From Thecamonas trahens ATCC 50062 (lineage: Eukaryota > Protista > Apusomonadida), in NCBI RefSeq assembly GCF_000142905.1, contig NW_013657651.1, forward strand, positions 62,001 through 126,000: 64,000 nt of DNA, given 5' to 3'. The notes under the pieces were generated by a model. The model was not told where the DNA came from and did not search any database. It worked only from the letters and a program-made list of their open reading frames with translations. Shown piece after piece: positions 51,814-63,100 of this stretch. Position 1 is the first letter of the stretch; the number at the start of each line of letters is the position of its first letter. The translations under genes and the position numbers were made by a program.

Positions 51814-53711
51814 ATGGCCGCCACATCGTCGAATGCAGTGCCTGCCACGGATGCGCCCACCTGGACCAATGACACGCCGCTGTTTTCGCCCACTACCCGG
51901 TGCCTGATCTACAACCCCAAGCCCAACCCCATTCAGCGCCAGCTTGACTTTGACTACCTTGCCCGTCGGGGTACGCCCTCGGTGGCGGCGCTTGTCTCGC
52001 CAGGTGCTGCTCGTGGTCGGCACAAGGTCTTCTTTGGCTCGCAGGAGATCTTCCTTGACATCTTTGGCAACATCGCTGATGCTACCGCTGCCCATCCCGA
52101 GGCTGATGTCATGCTCAACTTTGCCTCGCAGCGATCGGCCGCCGCGTCGACCTCGGAGGCCCTCGACTACCCCTCCATTCGCACCGTCGTCATTATTGCC
52201 GAGGGCGTGCCCGAGAAGGAGACCCGCAAGCTCATTGCCAAGTCCAAGCGCCTGAGCAAGTGGATCATCGGCCCGGCCACCGTCGGTGGCATCCAGGCCG
52301 GTGCCTTTAAGATCGGTGACACCGCCGGCACCGTCGACAACATCCTTGCCTGCAAGCTCTACCGCCCGGGCTCGGTCGGCTTTGTCTCCAAGTCGGGCGG
52401 CCTCTCCAACGAGTGCTACAACATTCTCTCGCGGACGACCAACGGCCTGTTTGAGGGCATCGCCATCGGCGGCGACGCCTACCCGGGCTCCAACTTTGCC
52501 GACCACATCCTCCGCTACCAGGCCATGGACCAGGTCAAGCTCATTGTCATGCTCGGCGAGCTCGGCGGTGACGCCGAGTACGACGTCGTCAAGCTCCTCA
52601 AGGACGGCACCATCACCAAGCCCGTCGTCGCCTGGGTCTCTGGCACCTGCGCCACCATGTTCAAGACCGAGGTCCAGTTTGGCCACGCCGGCGCAAAGTC
52701 CGGCTCCGAGGCCGAGTCGGCCCAGGCCAAGAACGCCGCCCTCGCCGAGGCCGGTGCCGTCGTTCCCACCTCGTTTGAGGGCTTTGAGCAGGCCATCGCC
52801 GACACCTACGCCAAGCTTGCTGCCGATGGCGTCGTCCCGGCCTTTGACCCCAACGAGCCCGAGCCGCACGTCCCGCCCACCATGCCCGTCGACTACGAGA
52901 CCTTTGCCGCCGAGGGCCGCGTCCGCCGCGCCACCGGCATCGTCTCCACCATCTGCGACGACCGCGGTGAGGAGCCGACCTACGGCGGCGTTGCCATCTC
53001 GGACCTCATGGCCGCAGAGCGCGGCATCGGCGATGCCATCTCGCTGCTCTGGTTCAAGCGTGACCTCCCGCGCTGGGCCACCCGCTTCATCGAGCTCGTC
53101 CTCGTCCTCTGCGCCGACCACGGCCCGTGCGTCTCGGGCGCCCACAACACCATCGTCGCCGCCCGTGCCGGCAAGGACCTTGTCTCCTGTGTTGCCTCGG
53201 GTCTCCTCACCATTGGCCCGCGCTTTGGTGGCGCCATCGATGGCGCCGCCCAGGTCTTCCTCGACGCCCACGACCGCGGCCTCGAGCCCGATGAGTTTGT
53301 CGCCGACATGAAGCGCCGCGGCCTCCGCATCCCGGGAATCGGCCACCGCATCAAGTCGGCCGACAACATGGACCAGCGTGTCGTCTTTATCACCAACTAC
53401 GCCCGCGACAACTTCCCCTCCACCACCCACCTTGACTACGCCCTCGCCGTCCAGTCCGTCACCCTCAGAAGGCCCGCAACCTCGTCCTCAACGTCGACGG
53501 CGCTGTTGCAAACGCCTTCCTCGACCTGTGGGCCTCGAGCTCGTCCTTTGGCCGCGAAGAGATCAAGGAGATGACCCAGATCGGCTACCTTAACGGCCTC
53601 TTTGTTGTCGCCCGCTCCATCGGCCTTGTCGGCCACTCGCTCGACCAGATGCGCCTCAAGCAGCCGCTCTACCGCCACCCGTGGGACGACACCGCCTACT
53701 ACTGCGAGTAA
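51814..53711 (+). CDS. ACLB: ATP-citrate lyase, CoA-binding/citryl-CoA lyase subunit (plant ACLB type); one frameshift at about 53467
   Basis: QRQLDFDY, IIGPATVGGI, SKSGGLSNE, QFGHAGA, ADHGPCVSGAHN, GIGHRIKS. Adding one A gives TLKKARNLVLNVDG...LYRHPWDD, ending at TAA 53711. Confidence 0.95.
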
Positions 53712-53760
53712 CGGGCTCTCGGTCGCCACGCAACAAACACACATACATAGCCGCTGCCTT

Positions 53761-54609
53761 TCACTCTGCCGCATAGTTGAGCGAGTGCACTGCTCCGCCG
53801 CCGCCGCTCATCTCGGGCCGATCCGTGACCGCCGCCACCACCGCTGCCATCACCACAAACACCGTCACAAAAGTGACTATCGGCTTGAAAAGCCACAACG
53901 CGGTCGAGGACGACGACGACGGCGGCGGCATAGCTCCCGCTCCCGTTCCTGCTCCCACTCCGCGAGCGGCATCCGCACCCGGAGCCAGCGACGCCTGGAA
54001 CAGCTCCACGCGCGCCGCAGCATCGGCGGCAGACAGCAGCCCGTCCATCGGGTGCTCGTCCAGTCCGAGCGTGACGTTGATGAGCGAGACGGCAAAGAGG
54101 CGGACGAGGAAGACGCGATACGCCGCCAGTGCTGGGAGCACCTCGGACGCCGGCTCGGCTCCAAACGCCGCCACCAGCAGATCGTCTTCGGATCCAGATC
54201 CCGCCGCCGCTACCAAAGCAGGCGAAGTGGTGACCGATGCCAGCCCTGCTGCGTCTAGCCCGGGAGCCAGCATGGCCAGCGCTGCCGCCAGAGCCGAGCC
54301 TTCGACGTGAAGATCCCAGGCGGCTCGACAGAAGGCGGCCCGTGATTCTGGAGCCAGACTCGCCCAAAAGCCTGTCCATGCCGACCGCAGCGGGACACAG
54401 GCCCGCGCAGCCTCGACCAGCGCCTCGCCTGCTGTCTCCAGCCGCTCCGCTGCAGCATCGACGTGTCGGCTCAGGTTCGGATCGCCCAGAATGGCCGCCA
54501 CCGCCGCCTCGGGCTCCACCCCGCTCCCGCCAGCAGCCACCAGCGGTCCCAGCACCTCGGCGAAGAGCGCAGGCAGACTCTCACCCATGCCCTCTCCCTC
54601 TTGGCTCAT
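53761..54609 (-). CDS. Hypothetical Ala-rich protein with a C-terminal TM anchor
   Basis: 3' part of ORF 53761-56265, from MSQEGEGMGESLPALF. TM segment LWLFKPIVTFVTVFVVMAAVVAAV. Confidence 0.6.
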   Translation of the reverse strand: MSQEGEGMGESLPALFAEVLGPLVAAGGSGVEPEAAVAAILGDPNLSRHVDAAAERLETAGEALVEAARACVPLRSAWTGFWASLAPESRAAFCRAAWDLHVEGSALAAALAMLAPGLDAAGLASVTTSPALVAAAGSGSEDDLLVAAFGAEPASEVLPALAAYRVFLVRLFAVSLINVTLGLDEHPMDGLLSAADAAARVELFQASLAPGADAARGVGAGTGAGAMPPPSSSSSTALWLFKPIVTFVTVFVVMAAVVAAVTDRPEMSGGGGAVHSLNYAAE

Positions 54610-54898
54610 CGTCGTCTGTCCGGGCCTGGCACGTGAGAGGTGGCTTTGTGCTCCCCACCCCCACCCCCCCCCCTTTCCCCTCCCCTTTCCTTCGGCACTG
54701 TGCCGACGACCACGCGGCGGCTGACAGAGCCGGCTGACTGACAGGCGGTCGGCCGAGCCGAGTGACACGCGGGCGCCACTAACCGGACGATGGGGCAAAG
54801 CAAATGAGGAGGTGGAGTAGGGGAGGGGGGAGGGGGACTTGGCCTGGTATCGGGCGATAATTGGGGGATATCTGGGTGTGCTGATGGTATGGCCGAGA

Positions 54899-56265
54899 TC
54901 AGGTGGGAGGGTCAGGAGAAAGCGCTGCTGCCAGCCGCGCAGCGAGGGTAGAGTGGCCAGAGGCGGATGCGCGGCGGATGCGGTATGGATGACGTCGGAT
55001 GTGGTTGAGGAATGGGCGAGGAGGAGATCGACCGACATAGAGTCGCCGTTTCTGGCAGCGGCGACTATCGCCGACGTCGGCTGGGTCATGCTGGCATCGG
55101 CTTGTGGATGGGCAAGGAGCGCGGCGAGAAAGTCGGTCTGGCGCGCCATGACTGCATCGAGAAGAGCGATGTTCGGATCGGTGAGTGGATGGGCGAGGAG
55201 AGCGTTGGTCACAGCCATGCTACCAGTGCGACAGGCTACGCGGAGCGCTTCACACTCGGTCGGATCGACCCGCGGATCGGCCAAGAGCAGCGCGACAGTC
55301 TCGACGGCACCGGCGGCGACAGCAATTCGCAGCGTCCGGTTGCGCCGCGAGCTCGGGTCGACTTGCGGATGGAGGATGAGCTCGTTGACAATGTCAAAGT
55401 GGCGATTGGTGGCAGCCCAGTACAGCGCGATGTTGTTTCTGGCCGACGGATCGGTCCGTGGATCGTCACAGAGCATGCGGACAATGTCGAGGTGGCCGTT
55501 CTCTGCGGCGTGGCTGACAGCTGCAGAGTCCTTGGCGGCCGGATCGACCCGCCCACAGGCCAGCAGCCCCGCTACTGCCCGATCCTTTCCAAGCAGAGCA
55601 CATCTCCGTAGCAGCACGCCCTGATCGATGCCCAGTGCAAGCTCGCCGTCATCATGGAGGAGGAGCCACTCGACGAGCGCCTCGTTGGCCACCATTGCCA
55701 CCGCCCGCACCATCGCAGCCCGCCCGACGCCATCCGAGACATGAAAGACAGCTTTGGCAACGTCCGGCAAGCCGCTCAGCACCGCACTCGCCGCCATCGG
55801 CCAGCACGGAACACCATCGCCAGTGTGAGTGAGTGCGCCTACCCGAGCCAGCGCCTCGACTAGGGCCAGCCACTCCGAGTCGCCCAGCGGCGGCGGGTCG
55901 AGATCAAACAGGCCAGCGAGCGGAGATGGCACCTGGGCCCAAAGCATGTTGCGGTCGTCCGGGCGAGTGACGGCGAGCGCCATGGCGGCTGCACGCCAGC
56001 GGGCGTGGTGGATGCAAGCGGCGAGACCTGTCCGGGCGGCGGCCTTGTCTGCGGCAAAGGCGTCGGCGAGAAGAAAACGATGCATGCGGGAGGAGGTGCA
56101 GGCGAGGGCAAGGTAGGCCTGCGCGGGGAGGTACACTGCTATGCCAAGCACGAGCTCCGGTGGAAGTGCCCCGAGGCCACGATCGGTCTTGCTCGCCTCG
56201 GATCCCGCCAGCCGCCCGCCCGACATGGAGACGTGTACCAACGCTTTGCGTGCCAAGCTTAGCAT
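54899..56265 (-). CDS. F-box plus ankyrin-repeat protein
   Basis: F-box LGALPPELVLGIAVYL...LACTSSRM; ankyrin repeats DPAAKDSAAVSHAAENGHLDIVRML and DPSARNNIALYWAA. The stop at 54899 is inferred via a frameshift at about 54947. Confidence 0.75.
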
Positions 56266-56552
56266 ATTGTCCGCCTCACATCACATGTCACATGCACATG
56301 TACAGTGCTGTGCTGTGCTGTTGGATCATGTTCAAGAAGATCAGTCTTCATGACGCAGATTAGCCCGCAGATCAGATACTCTCACAACCAGACCTGCCTC
56401 GCCAAACCCGATCCCCCGCCCCCTTCCCCCCCCCCCCCCCTCGATCCCCATCGCACCCAATCCCTCCGCCAATCAACCCCACTATCAACCCCAGCACTCA
56501 ACTTGCCCCCTCCTCCCAAGGCCAGCCGCCTTATGGCGGTGGTCGTGGTCTC

Positions 56553-56652
56553 NNNNNNNNNNNNNNNNNNNNNNNNNNNNNNNNNNNNNNNNNNNNNNNN
56601 NNNNNNNNNNNNNNNNNNNNNNNNNNNNNNNNNNNNNNNNNNNNNNNNNNNN
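56553..56652. other. Assembly gap (100 N)
   Basis: Run of N. Confidence 1.
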
Positions 56653-56856
56653 AGCCGCCAGCCGCGCGTCACCCGCCCGCCCCACTCGGCCCGCTCGCCC
56701 CTCCACCCACAGCCTCTCCCCCCCTCCTACCACCTACGTCTCTATACTCCACCCCCCCCTACCACCACCACCACCCCCTACACACACACACACACCCCTC
56801 CCCCACACACACATACACACCACACCTACCTCCTCCCTCCCCTTCCTCCCCTCACC

Positions 56857-57645
56857 ATGCTCGCAGCCGTCCGCCCTGCTCTGGCCCTGGCCCGGAGTGT
56901 GGCATCCACCGCTGGTGTCCGAGTGGTGCTGCAGCCGGCCATGGAGCCTGCCACCGGCATGGCTATCAAGATTATGGGCATGGAAATGTCTGCTACTCGT
57001 TGCTTCTCGGCCTCGTCTGCTGCTGGTGCCAAGGATCCGCCGCCGCCGCCACCTACAAGCTCGCTGCTGGAGGTGGCGGGTGAGGATGTGGCGGTGGAGG
57101 CGACCGTCGGTGGCGTGGCGCCCGAGCTGGCTCAGTCGATGAGGTCGATGGTCTCGACCGCCATGGCCAAGGACGTCAAGACCTCGCAAAAGAAGGCTGA
57201 GGAGCTGCTCCGTCTTGTTCGCGGTCTGCCGGTCACCGACGCCCTCGCTCAGCTCAACTTTGTGCCCCGCAAGGCTGCCGTTCCGCTGGCCAAGCTCCTC
57301 CGTTCGGCCATGCTCTCGGGCGAGAACAACTTTGGCATGCGCCGCGAGCGCATGGTGGTCGATGCCGCCTGGTCTGGTCGCTCCACCCCGCTCAAGCGCA
57401 TCATGTTCCACTCCAAGGGCCGCATGGGCCACAAGCACCGCCCGCGGACACACCTCTACGTCCGTCTCGTCCACAAGCCCTACGTCGAGGGCGAGGTTCG
57501 CCTCACCCGCAAGGGCCGCCGCCACTCGCCCGTCGACATCGAAATCGCAAAGGCCGTCGACCCTGTTTACCGCGCCCGCCGCGCCGCTGACGCCGCCGCT
57601 GCCGATCCCGCCGCAGACACATCAGCCGACGCTCAGCAGCAGTAA
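56857..57645 (+). CDS. MRPL22: Mitochondrial ribosomal protein uL22m
   Basis: Presequence MLAAVRPALALARSVAS; TSQKKA..LLRLVRGLPVTDALAQLNF..RKAA...LKRIMFHSKGRMG...RPRTHLYVRL. Confidence 0.9.
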   Translation: MLAAVRPALALARSVASTAGVRVVLQPAMEPATGMAIKIMGMEMSATRCFSASSAAGAKDPPPPPPTSSLLEVAGEDVAVEATVGGVAPELAQSMRSMVSTAMAKDVKTSQKKAEELLRLVRGLPVTDALAQLNFVPRKAAVPLAKLLRSAMLSGENNFGMRRERMVVDAAWSGRSTPLKRIMFHSKGRMGHKHRPRTHLYVRLVHKPYVEGEVRLTRKGRRHSPVDIEIAKAVDPVYRARRAADAAAADPAADTSADAQQQ

Positions 57646-57667
57646 AGCCAGCCATCCAGCACCTCGT

Positions 57668-58780
57668 CTACGCCACATCCAGCCGAAATGCCCCGCCGCT
57701 TGCGTGCGTCGCGTTAAACGCCGAGACCCCGCCCGAGACTACTACCAGCCTCCCGCTCGTCGCTGCAGACGCGCCCGCCAGCGGGACCGGCAGCGTCAGC
57801 GCCGCATCTACCGCCCATCCGCTGTCAAGGTGGTAGACCTCGACCGAGTCGAGGAACGCCATCTCAGGATCGCGCCCGCCAATGGCGTACAGCGCCCCGC
57901 CAACCTGCGCTGCAGCCATCATGTCGCGTGCATAGACAAGCGGCTGGAGTACGGTCCATCCAGAGGAACTCGCCGCAAACTGCTCCAGCGTGTTGAGCGC
58001 CGGCGCGTTGTCGGCCGATCCGCCAAAGACAAACACCGTGTCCTTGCCCACTTCCTTGCCATGCACGCCCATCCCGCCAAAGCAATGCGCGTATCGCGCG
58101 TGCGGGAAAACCTGCCACGCCGCAGCAGTGGCGTTGAGGCGGAGCAGCTGCTGCGCGCACAGATTGTAATTCCGCCATCCGCCGGCCAGCCACACCCCAC
58201 CAGCATCACCATCGCCGCCCGCGGTCATTTGCACGCCAAAGATAGCAAACGGTAGCGGCGGTGCGGGCTCAACGGTCCCGCGAGCAAAGTCGATGAGCCA
58301 TACATCCCGGGTACCCGTCGCCGACCCGCCGGTCTCGCCCGATCCGCCCGCGGCCAGCACCGCCGTCTTGTTCCACCGCGCCACCGCCAAGCCGTACATC
58401 GGCCTCGGCAGCTTCAACTGAGGCAAGACCGACCACGCCTTGCCATCATTCACCAGACACTCGATCGAGTCCAGCACCTCTAGGTCCGGCAGCGAGCCGA
58501 GGTGAGCACCATCACCCATGCGCCGCACCGCCGCCTTGCCCATCACATGCCCAGCCTCTGACGCCCGCGGCAGACTACCCACTCCGCCCAAAACACATAC
58601 AGCTTCGAGCTCGGCCGGACCGACCGCCACCGCCACCGAGGCGTGCAGCAGGCGCGGGTGGACGAGCGGCGGGAGGCGGGTCCAGCCAGTGCCACGAGCG
58701 TCGACTCCAGGCAGAGCCACAGCGACCGACACGCTTGCAAGCATGGTCACACACAGTGCCAGAATCAAAGCAGAGTCCAT
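57668..58780 (-). CDS. Secreted Kelch-repeat beta-propeller protein
   Basis: Signal peptide, then repeats of the type VLGG/AAGG/VFGG/AIGG...VEVY...W. Confidence 0.85.
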   Translation of the reverse strand: MDSALILALCVTMLASVSVAVALPGVDARGTGWTRLPPLVHPRLLHASVAVAVGPAELEAVCVLGGVGSLPRASEAGHVMGKAAVRRMGDGAHLGSLPDLEVLDSIECLVNDGKAWSVLPQLKLPRPMYGLAVARWNKTAVLAAGGSGETGGSATGTRDVWLIDFARGTVEPAPPLPFAIFGVQMTAGGDGDAGGVWLAGGWRNYNLCAQQLLRLNATAAAWQVFPHARYAHCFGGMGVHGKEVGKDTVFVFGGSADNAPALNTLEQFAASSSGWTVLQPLVYARDMMAAAQVGGALYAIGGRDPEMAFLDSVEVYHLDSGWAVDAALTLPVPLAGASAATSGRLVVVSGGVSAFNATHASGGAFRLDVA

Positions 58781-59361
58781 ATCCAGAGGGAGAGAAATGG
58801 GCGATGCGAGTGAGATGGGCCGGCGAGTGCTTGCGGGCGGCTTGGTCGTGCGGGCCTGCGAGCGTTCTCAGGTCGGACATGTGCCGCACAGCGACGATCA
58901 CAAGCGATTTGCGCGTTTCCAGAGTGATGGGGATATATCAAGTGATACATGGAGGGAGGGAGAGGGGGGGGAGGGAATGGATGGGGAAGGGGATCGAACC
59001 CGGGAGGATTGCACGTGGGGCGGATCGGGTGAAAGAGATAGTGCATCATCAGGACAGAGGCGATTAAAAGAGAGGGACGAGGAAGAGGAGATCGGGCAAG
59101 GGGATGCAAACAAGGAGTATCATGTTATTCGATGGCTAAGGCTGAGATGTGGAGGTATGGGCCAGATACGGCTCAATGGCCACTTGTTTGTCCTCGCAAC
59201 GCGACCCGGGGCGAGACGGCAGCCCCAGCCCCAGCCCCCCAAGCCACACGCCCCAGCCCCAGCCCCCCCCAGCCACACGCCACAGTTGCCACCTCACCCC
59301 CCCCCTCCCTCACCCCAACACACACACCCCTCTCACTCTCTTTGTCCTTGCCTCGCATATC

Positions 59362-59538
59362 ATGCGCTCTGTCGTGGGCATCTCCAAGGGCCTCCGTGTC
59401 GGGGTCATCGTCCTCGGTGCCCTGGTGGTGGTGGGCAAGATCGGTGCCGAGTGGTCGCCCAAGCGCGGCCTGCCGCATCACATGCCGTACAAGGGCCCAC
59501 AGGGCGAGCAGACAAACATCCCTCCCAGCCGAGGATAG
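59362..59538 (+). CDS. 58-aa single-pass membrane microprotein
   Basis: MRSVVGISKGLRVGVIVLGALVVVGKIGAEWSPKRGLPHHMPYKGPQGEQTNIPPSRG. Strong GC3 codon bias, after a C/CA-rich leader. Confidence 0.6.
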   Translation: MRSVVGISKGLRVGVIVLGALVVVGKIGAEWSPKRGLPHHMPYKGPQGEQTNIPPSRG

Positions 59539-60192
59539 TTGGGATGGTGGTCTTGCTGATGCGCTTGCTGGATTATGCTCTGCTTGCTCTCCAGCTGTGT
59601 ATCTGTTCTCTTCGTCGTCCTCCCCGCCCGACCCGCTCTCCGTCTGACCGCCCCACTCCCCATCGCCTGCCCCGATCTGATCTGATCTAACTCGCTCTTA
59701 TCCGATCCCTCACTGGCTCTCTCTCTCTCTCTCTCTCTGCTCCCGCCACTCCTCGCTATGTTCCACACACCCGTGACGATGGTGTAGGATGTGTCGTCAA
59801 TGGGGCTGGCTACGAGTCTCCCACTCTTCCCGCTTCTTCCGCTCCGCTTGACTCGCTCTTGATCTCTGTGGCTCGCGCCATGCGCGGCCGCCGACATCAT
59901 CTTCTCCACAACCCACCGTGCCCCCCCCCCTCCACAACCCGCCAAGCTCGTCCACGAGCTATCTGTCGGCGTATCATGCGCCTCCTCCCCCCTCACACAC
60001 ACGCGCGCAAGCAAGCCGATCACCGACCAAGGACAAGCGCAGGTCGATCGACGTAATCACCTACCCATACCTATCCAACTAAACGGCTAGCAACCCCCCC
60101 CCCCCCCCCCTCGCCACTGCCTCCATCACTCGCCGAATGCTACCGGATGAGCGGAACGAGTGCGGAACAGCCATGGCAGCACGACCACAGAC

Positions 60193-63100
60193 ATGGCCAC
60201 GACGGACGACAGAGGGCACACCCGTCGCAGCGGTGTAGGGTGGGGCATGGGGAGCAGGGAAGGAGCAAGCACACCGCGTGTGGTGGCGGAACTCGCAGGG
60301 CTCTTTGCAGACATCCAGGCGGCAGCAGGGCCTGCCGGTGGCGCCTCGCTCCGCGACACGGCCGGTCTGCTCTCGCGGACCCGAACGGTGCTGCGGGCGC
60401 TGGCCGGGACCTCGCTGTATGCTCCACGGCGCGGGGCCGGGTTGATCGGTGCATCGCGTGCTTCGGGCCTACGAGGAGACTCGGATGCCGATATAGCTGC
60501 TGCCTCGGCCGCACGGACCATGTTCCGCGCCCTCGACTCGTCGCCCCCGATCCGCTGCCCGCCTAACGACCCGCGCCTGCTCATCGTCGCCGCCGCTGCT
60601 GCAAACATCCCCGATCTCCTTGAACTTCTGGCCGATTGCGACGCACCGCTCGAGGCAGCCGAGGCCGAGTCTGGCAAGACTGCCCTGCACGCCGCCGCAG
60701 ACCTCCTCGCACTCGATGCCCTCGCCATGCTGCTGGAGCTGGGCGCAATGGTCGACGTCGCCGATGCTCAAGGCCGCACTGCACTGCATGTCGTTGCCGC
60801 CGCTCACGAAGTTGATGCTGTATCGGGCGCACGTCGCGCCATCGAGCTATTGGTCGGCGCAGGCGCCTCGGTCTCGGCCCGCGATGCCGCAGGATGCACC
60901 CCTGTCGCCGCCGCAGCCGCCGCTGGGCATCCAGCAGCCATCGCGCTGCTGGCGCGGTACGCGCCCGGCTCGTCATCAATCGCCGACGCTCGCGGCTGCC
61001 ATCCGCTGCATGCTGCGCTCCTCCTCGCCCCGACCCATACCTCGGTCGAGACCGTGTCCGAACTGCTTAACTCGGGCGCCGATGTCGACGCGCCGTTCGC
61101 CCCGCTCGAGCCCGACGATCCGCTCACAGGCTACTCGCCGTTGCAGCTGGCCGTGGCCATCGTTCCCGAGTCTGACTACCAGGAGGCTCTTGTTGGCGTC
61201 CTCCTCCGCTCCGGTGCATCGAAGGACTCGCTCGACCCGACCATCCCACCACCGCTCTGCCTCGCTGTCAACGCTGGCCGCGCCCGGACCCTTGCCTATC
61301 TTGTCCAGATGGGCGTCGATGTTAATGCTGCAGATGCACATGGTGCAACCGCCCTGCACTACGCTGCTCGCACCGGTGCCATCGCAATGGCCACCGCCCT
61401 CCTGGACGCTGGCGCCGACCCGAACGCATCGACGTTGTCCTACCCGCTTCATCTGCGAGTTTCTACCGTCTCCATCCCCACCCATCTGTGGCAGCAAGTC
61501 GACGGTGCCACCCCGCTGCACTTTGCTGCCGCCCGCGAGCTTGAGCCGCTGGTCGAGGCTCTCGTCGGCGCCGGCGGTAACCTCGCGCTCCGTTCCGCCG
61601 CCGGCAATACCGCCGCAGACCTAGCAACGTCGTCATCGCGCATCCATGAGCTTGTCCTCTCGGTCTTTCAGCTGCCGCCGCCGTGGGCGGATCGGGTCCA
61701 TCCGCCCGACGACTTTGCCAACCACATGGCCGCCGCCATTCCCTCCAAGGCCATGGCCCGCGTCGCTCTCTCGCACGAGCTCTACACCCTTGTGGCAGCC
61801 GCACCGCTTGAGCCTACGCCCATGGAACAGACCATCATCCCGCAGGCACTCGACCTTGTTGCTGCCGGCGCCTCGGTCTCGGCCGTCGACGCCTCAGCCG
61901 TCCCTCTACTCTTTGCTGTCATCCGTAAGCTCCCCAAGCGGCACGCGCGCACTCCGACACACGTGCGTGCCGCCACGGCGCTCGTAGCTGCGCTTCTCTG
62001 GCGCTCAGAGCTCGACGACGTCGAGCCGTGGCCTTTGGCCTCAGAGCAGCTCGACGGCCAGCCGAGCTCGATTGCACCTGGCGCGCTCCGCGCCTCGCTC
62101 TCCAGCGATGCTCTCGCTGCCCTCAACCTGGACGATGTCGACAACTCGAGCGGCGAGGCGCAGACCCTGGTCCATCTTGCTGCGGCGTACGACATGGAGG
62201 CGTTGGTGGTGGCGCTTGTCGGCCTCGGAGCCAGCTTTGATGCTCGCAACGGGCTTGGGTACACGCCGGTCGATGTCGCTGCTGGCGCGCAGTCGTCGTA
62301 CGCGCTAGCAGCGCTGCTGGCGGTCGGCGCATCAGTGACCTGCGAGCTGAGCCGGGTCGAGGCAACACTGGGCGCAGTGGGTGCATCAGCGCGGCTGGTA
62401 CACGAGCTTGTGACCCGACACGGCGCCGGTCCGCCTGGTGCCGGCGAGCTCAGCCTCGGTCCAGTTGCCTTTGAAAGCGCTATGGTCAACGCGCTCCTTG
62501 CGCGAGACCATGAGCTTGTCCGGCTCCTCTTGGCACCGCCGATCTCGGTTGATGTCCATGCGACGGTAGAGTGGTCGGCAGAACTTCCCGTGCGATCGCG
62601 GACGTCGCTGCTCCTGCTTGCGGCGCTCCTCGCTGACCACATAGCCATGATCGAGTTGCTACGTGCTGGAGCTGATCCGCGTGCGGCCGATGCGAACGGA
62701 CTCACCCCTCTCCATGCACTGGTAGTCCAAAACTCGATGGCATCGCAGCGCGGAATCGACTTGCTTCTGGGCGCAGAGCGGCCGGCTGTCAACGCGACCG
62801 ACCTCCACGGTCTGGCGCCAATCCATTATCTTGTCGACGCGCAGTTGTGGGATCCAGACTCACTGCGCGCTTTCAAGCCGGCATTGCGCGAAGCGCGGTT
62901 GAACGCGCTGCTGTCAGCCGGCGCAGATCCCAACACGCCGACCAACTCGGGCGAGACGCCGCTCGGGCGCACGCTTATTGGCTCGGCCGGCTCGACTGAG
63001 CAGAGCGGCTTTCTTGCAGCACAGTCACGAATCGCCAGCATGCTGCTTCAAGCCGGCGCCGACCCTAATGCGCGTGATGCCGATGGGCGGACCATTTTGC

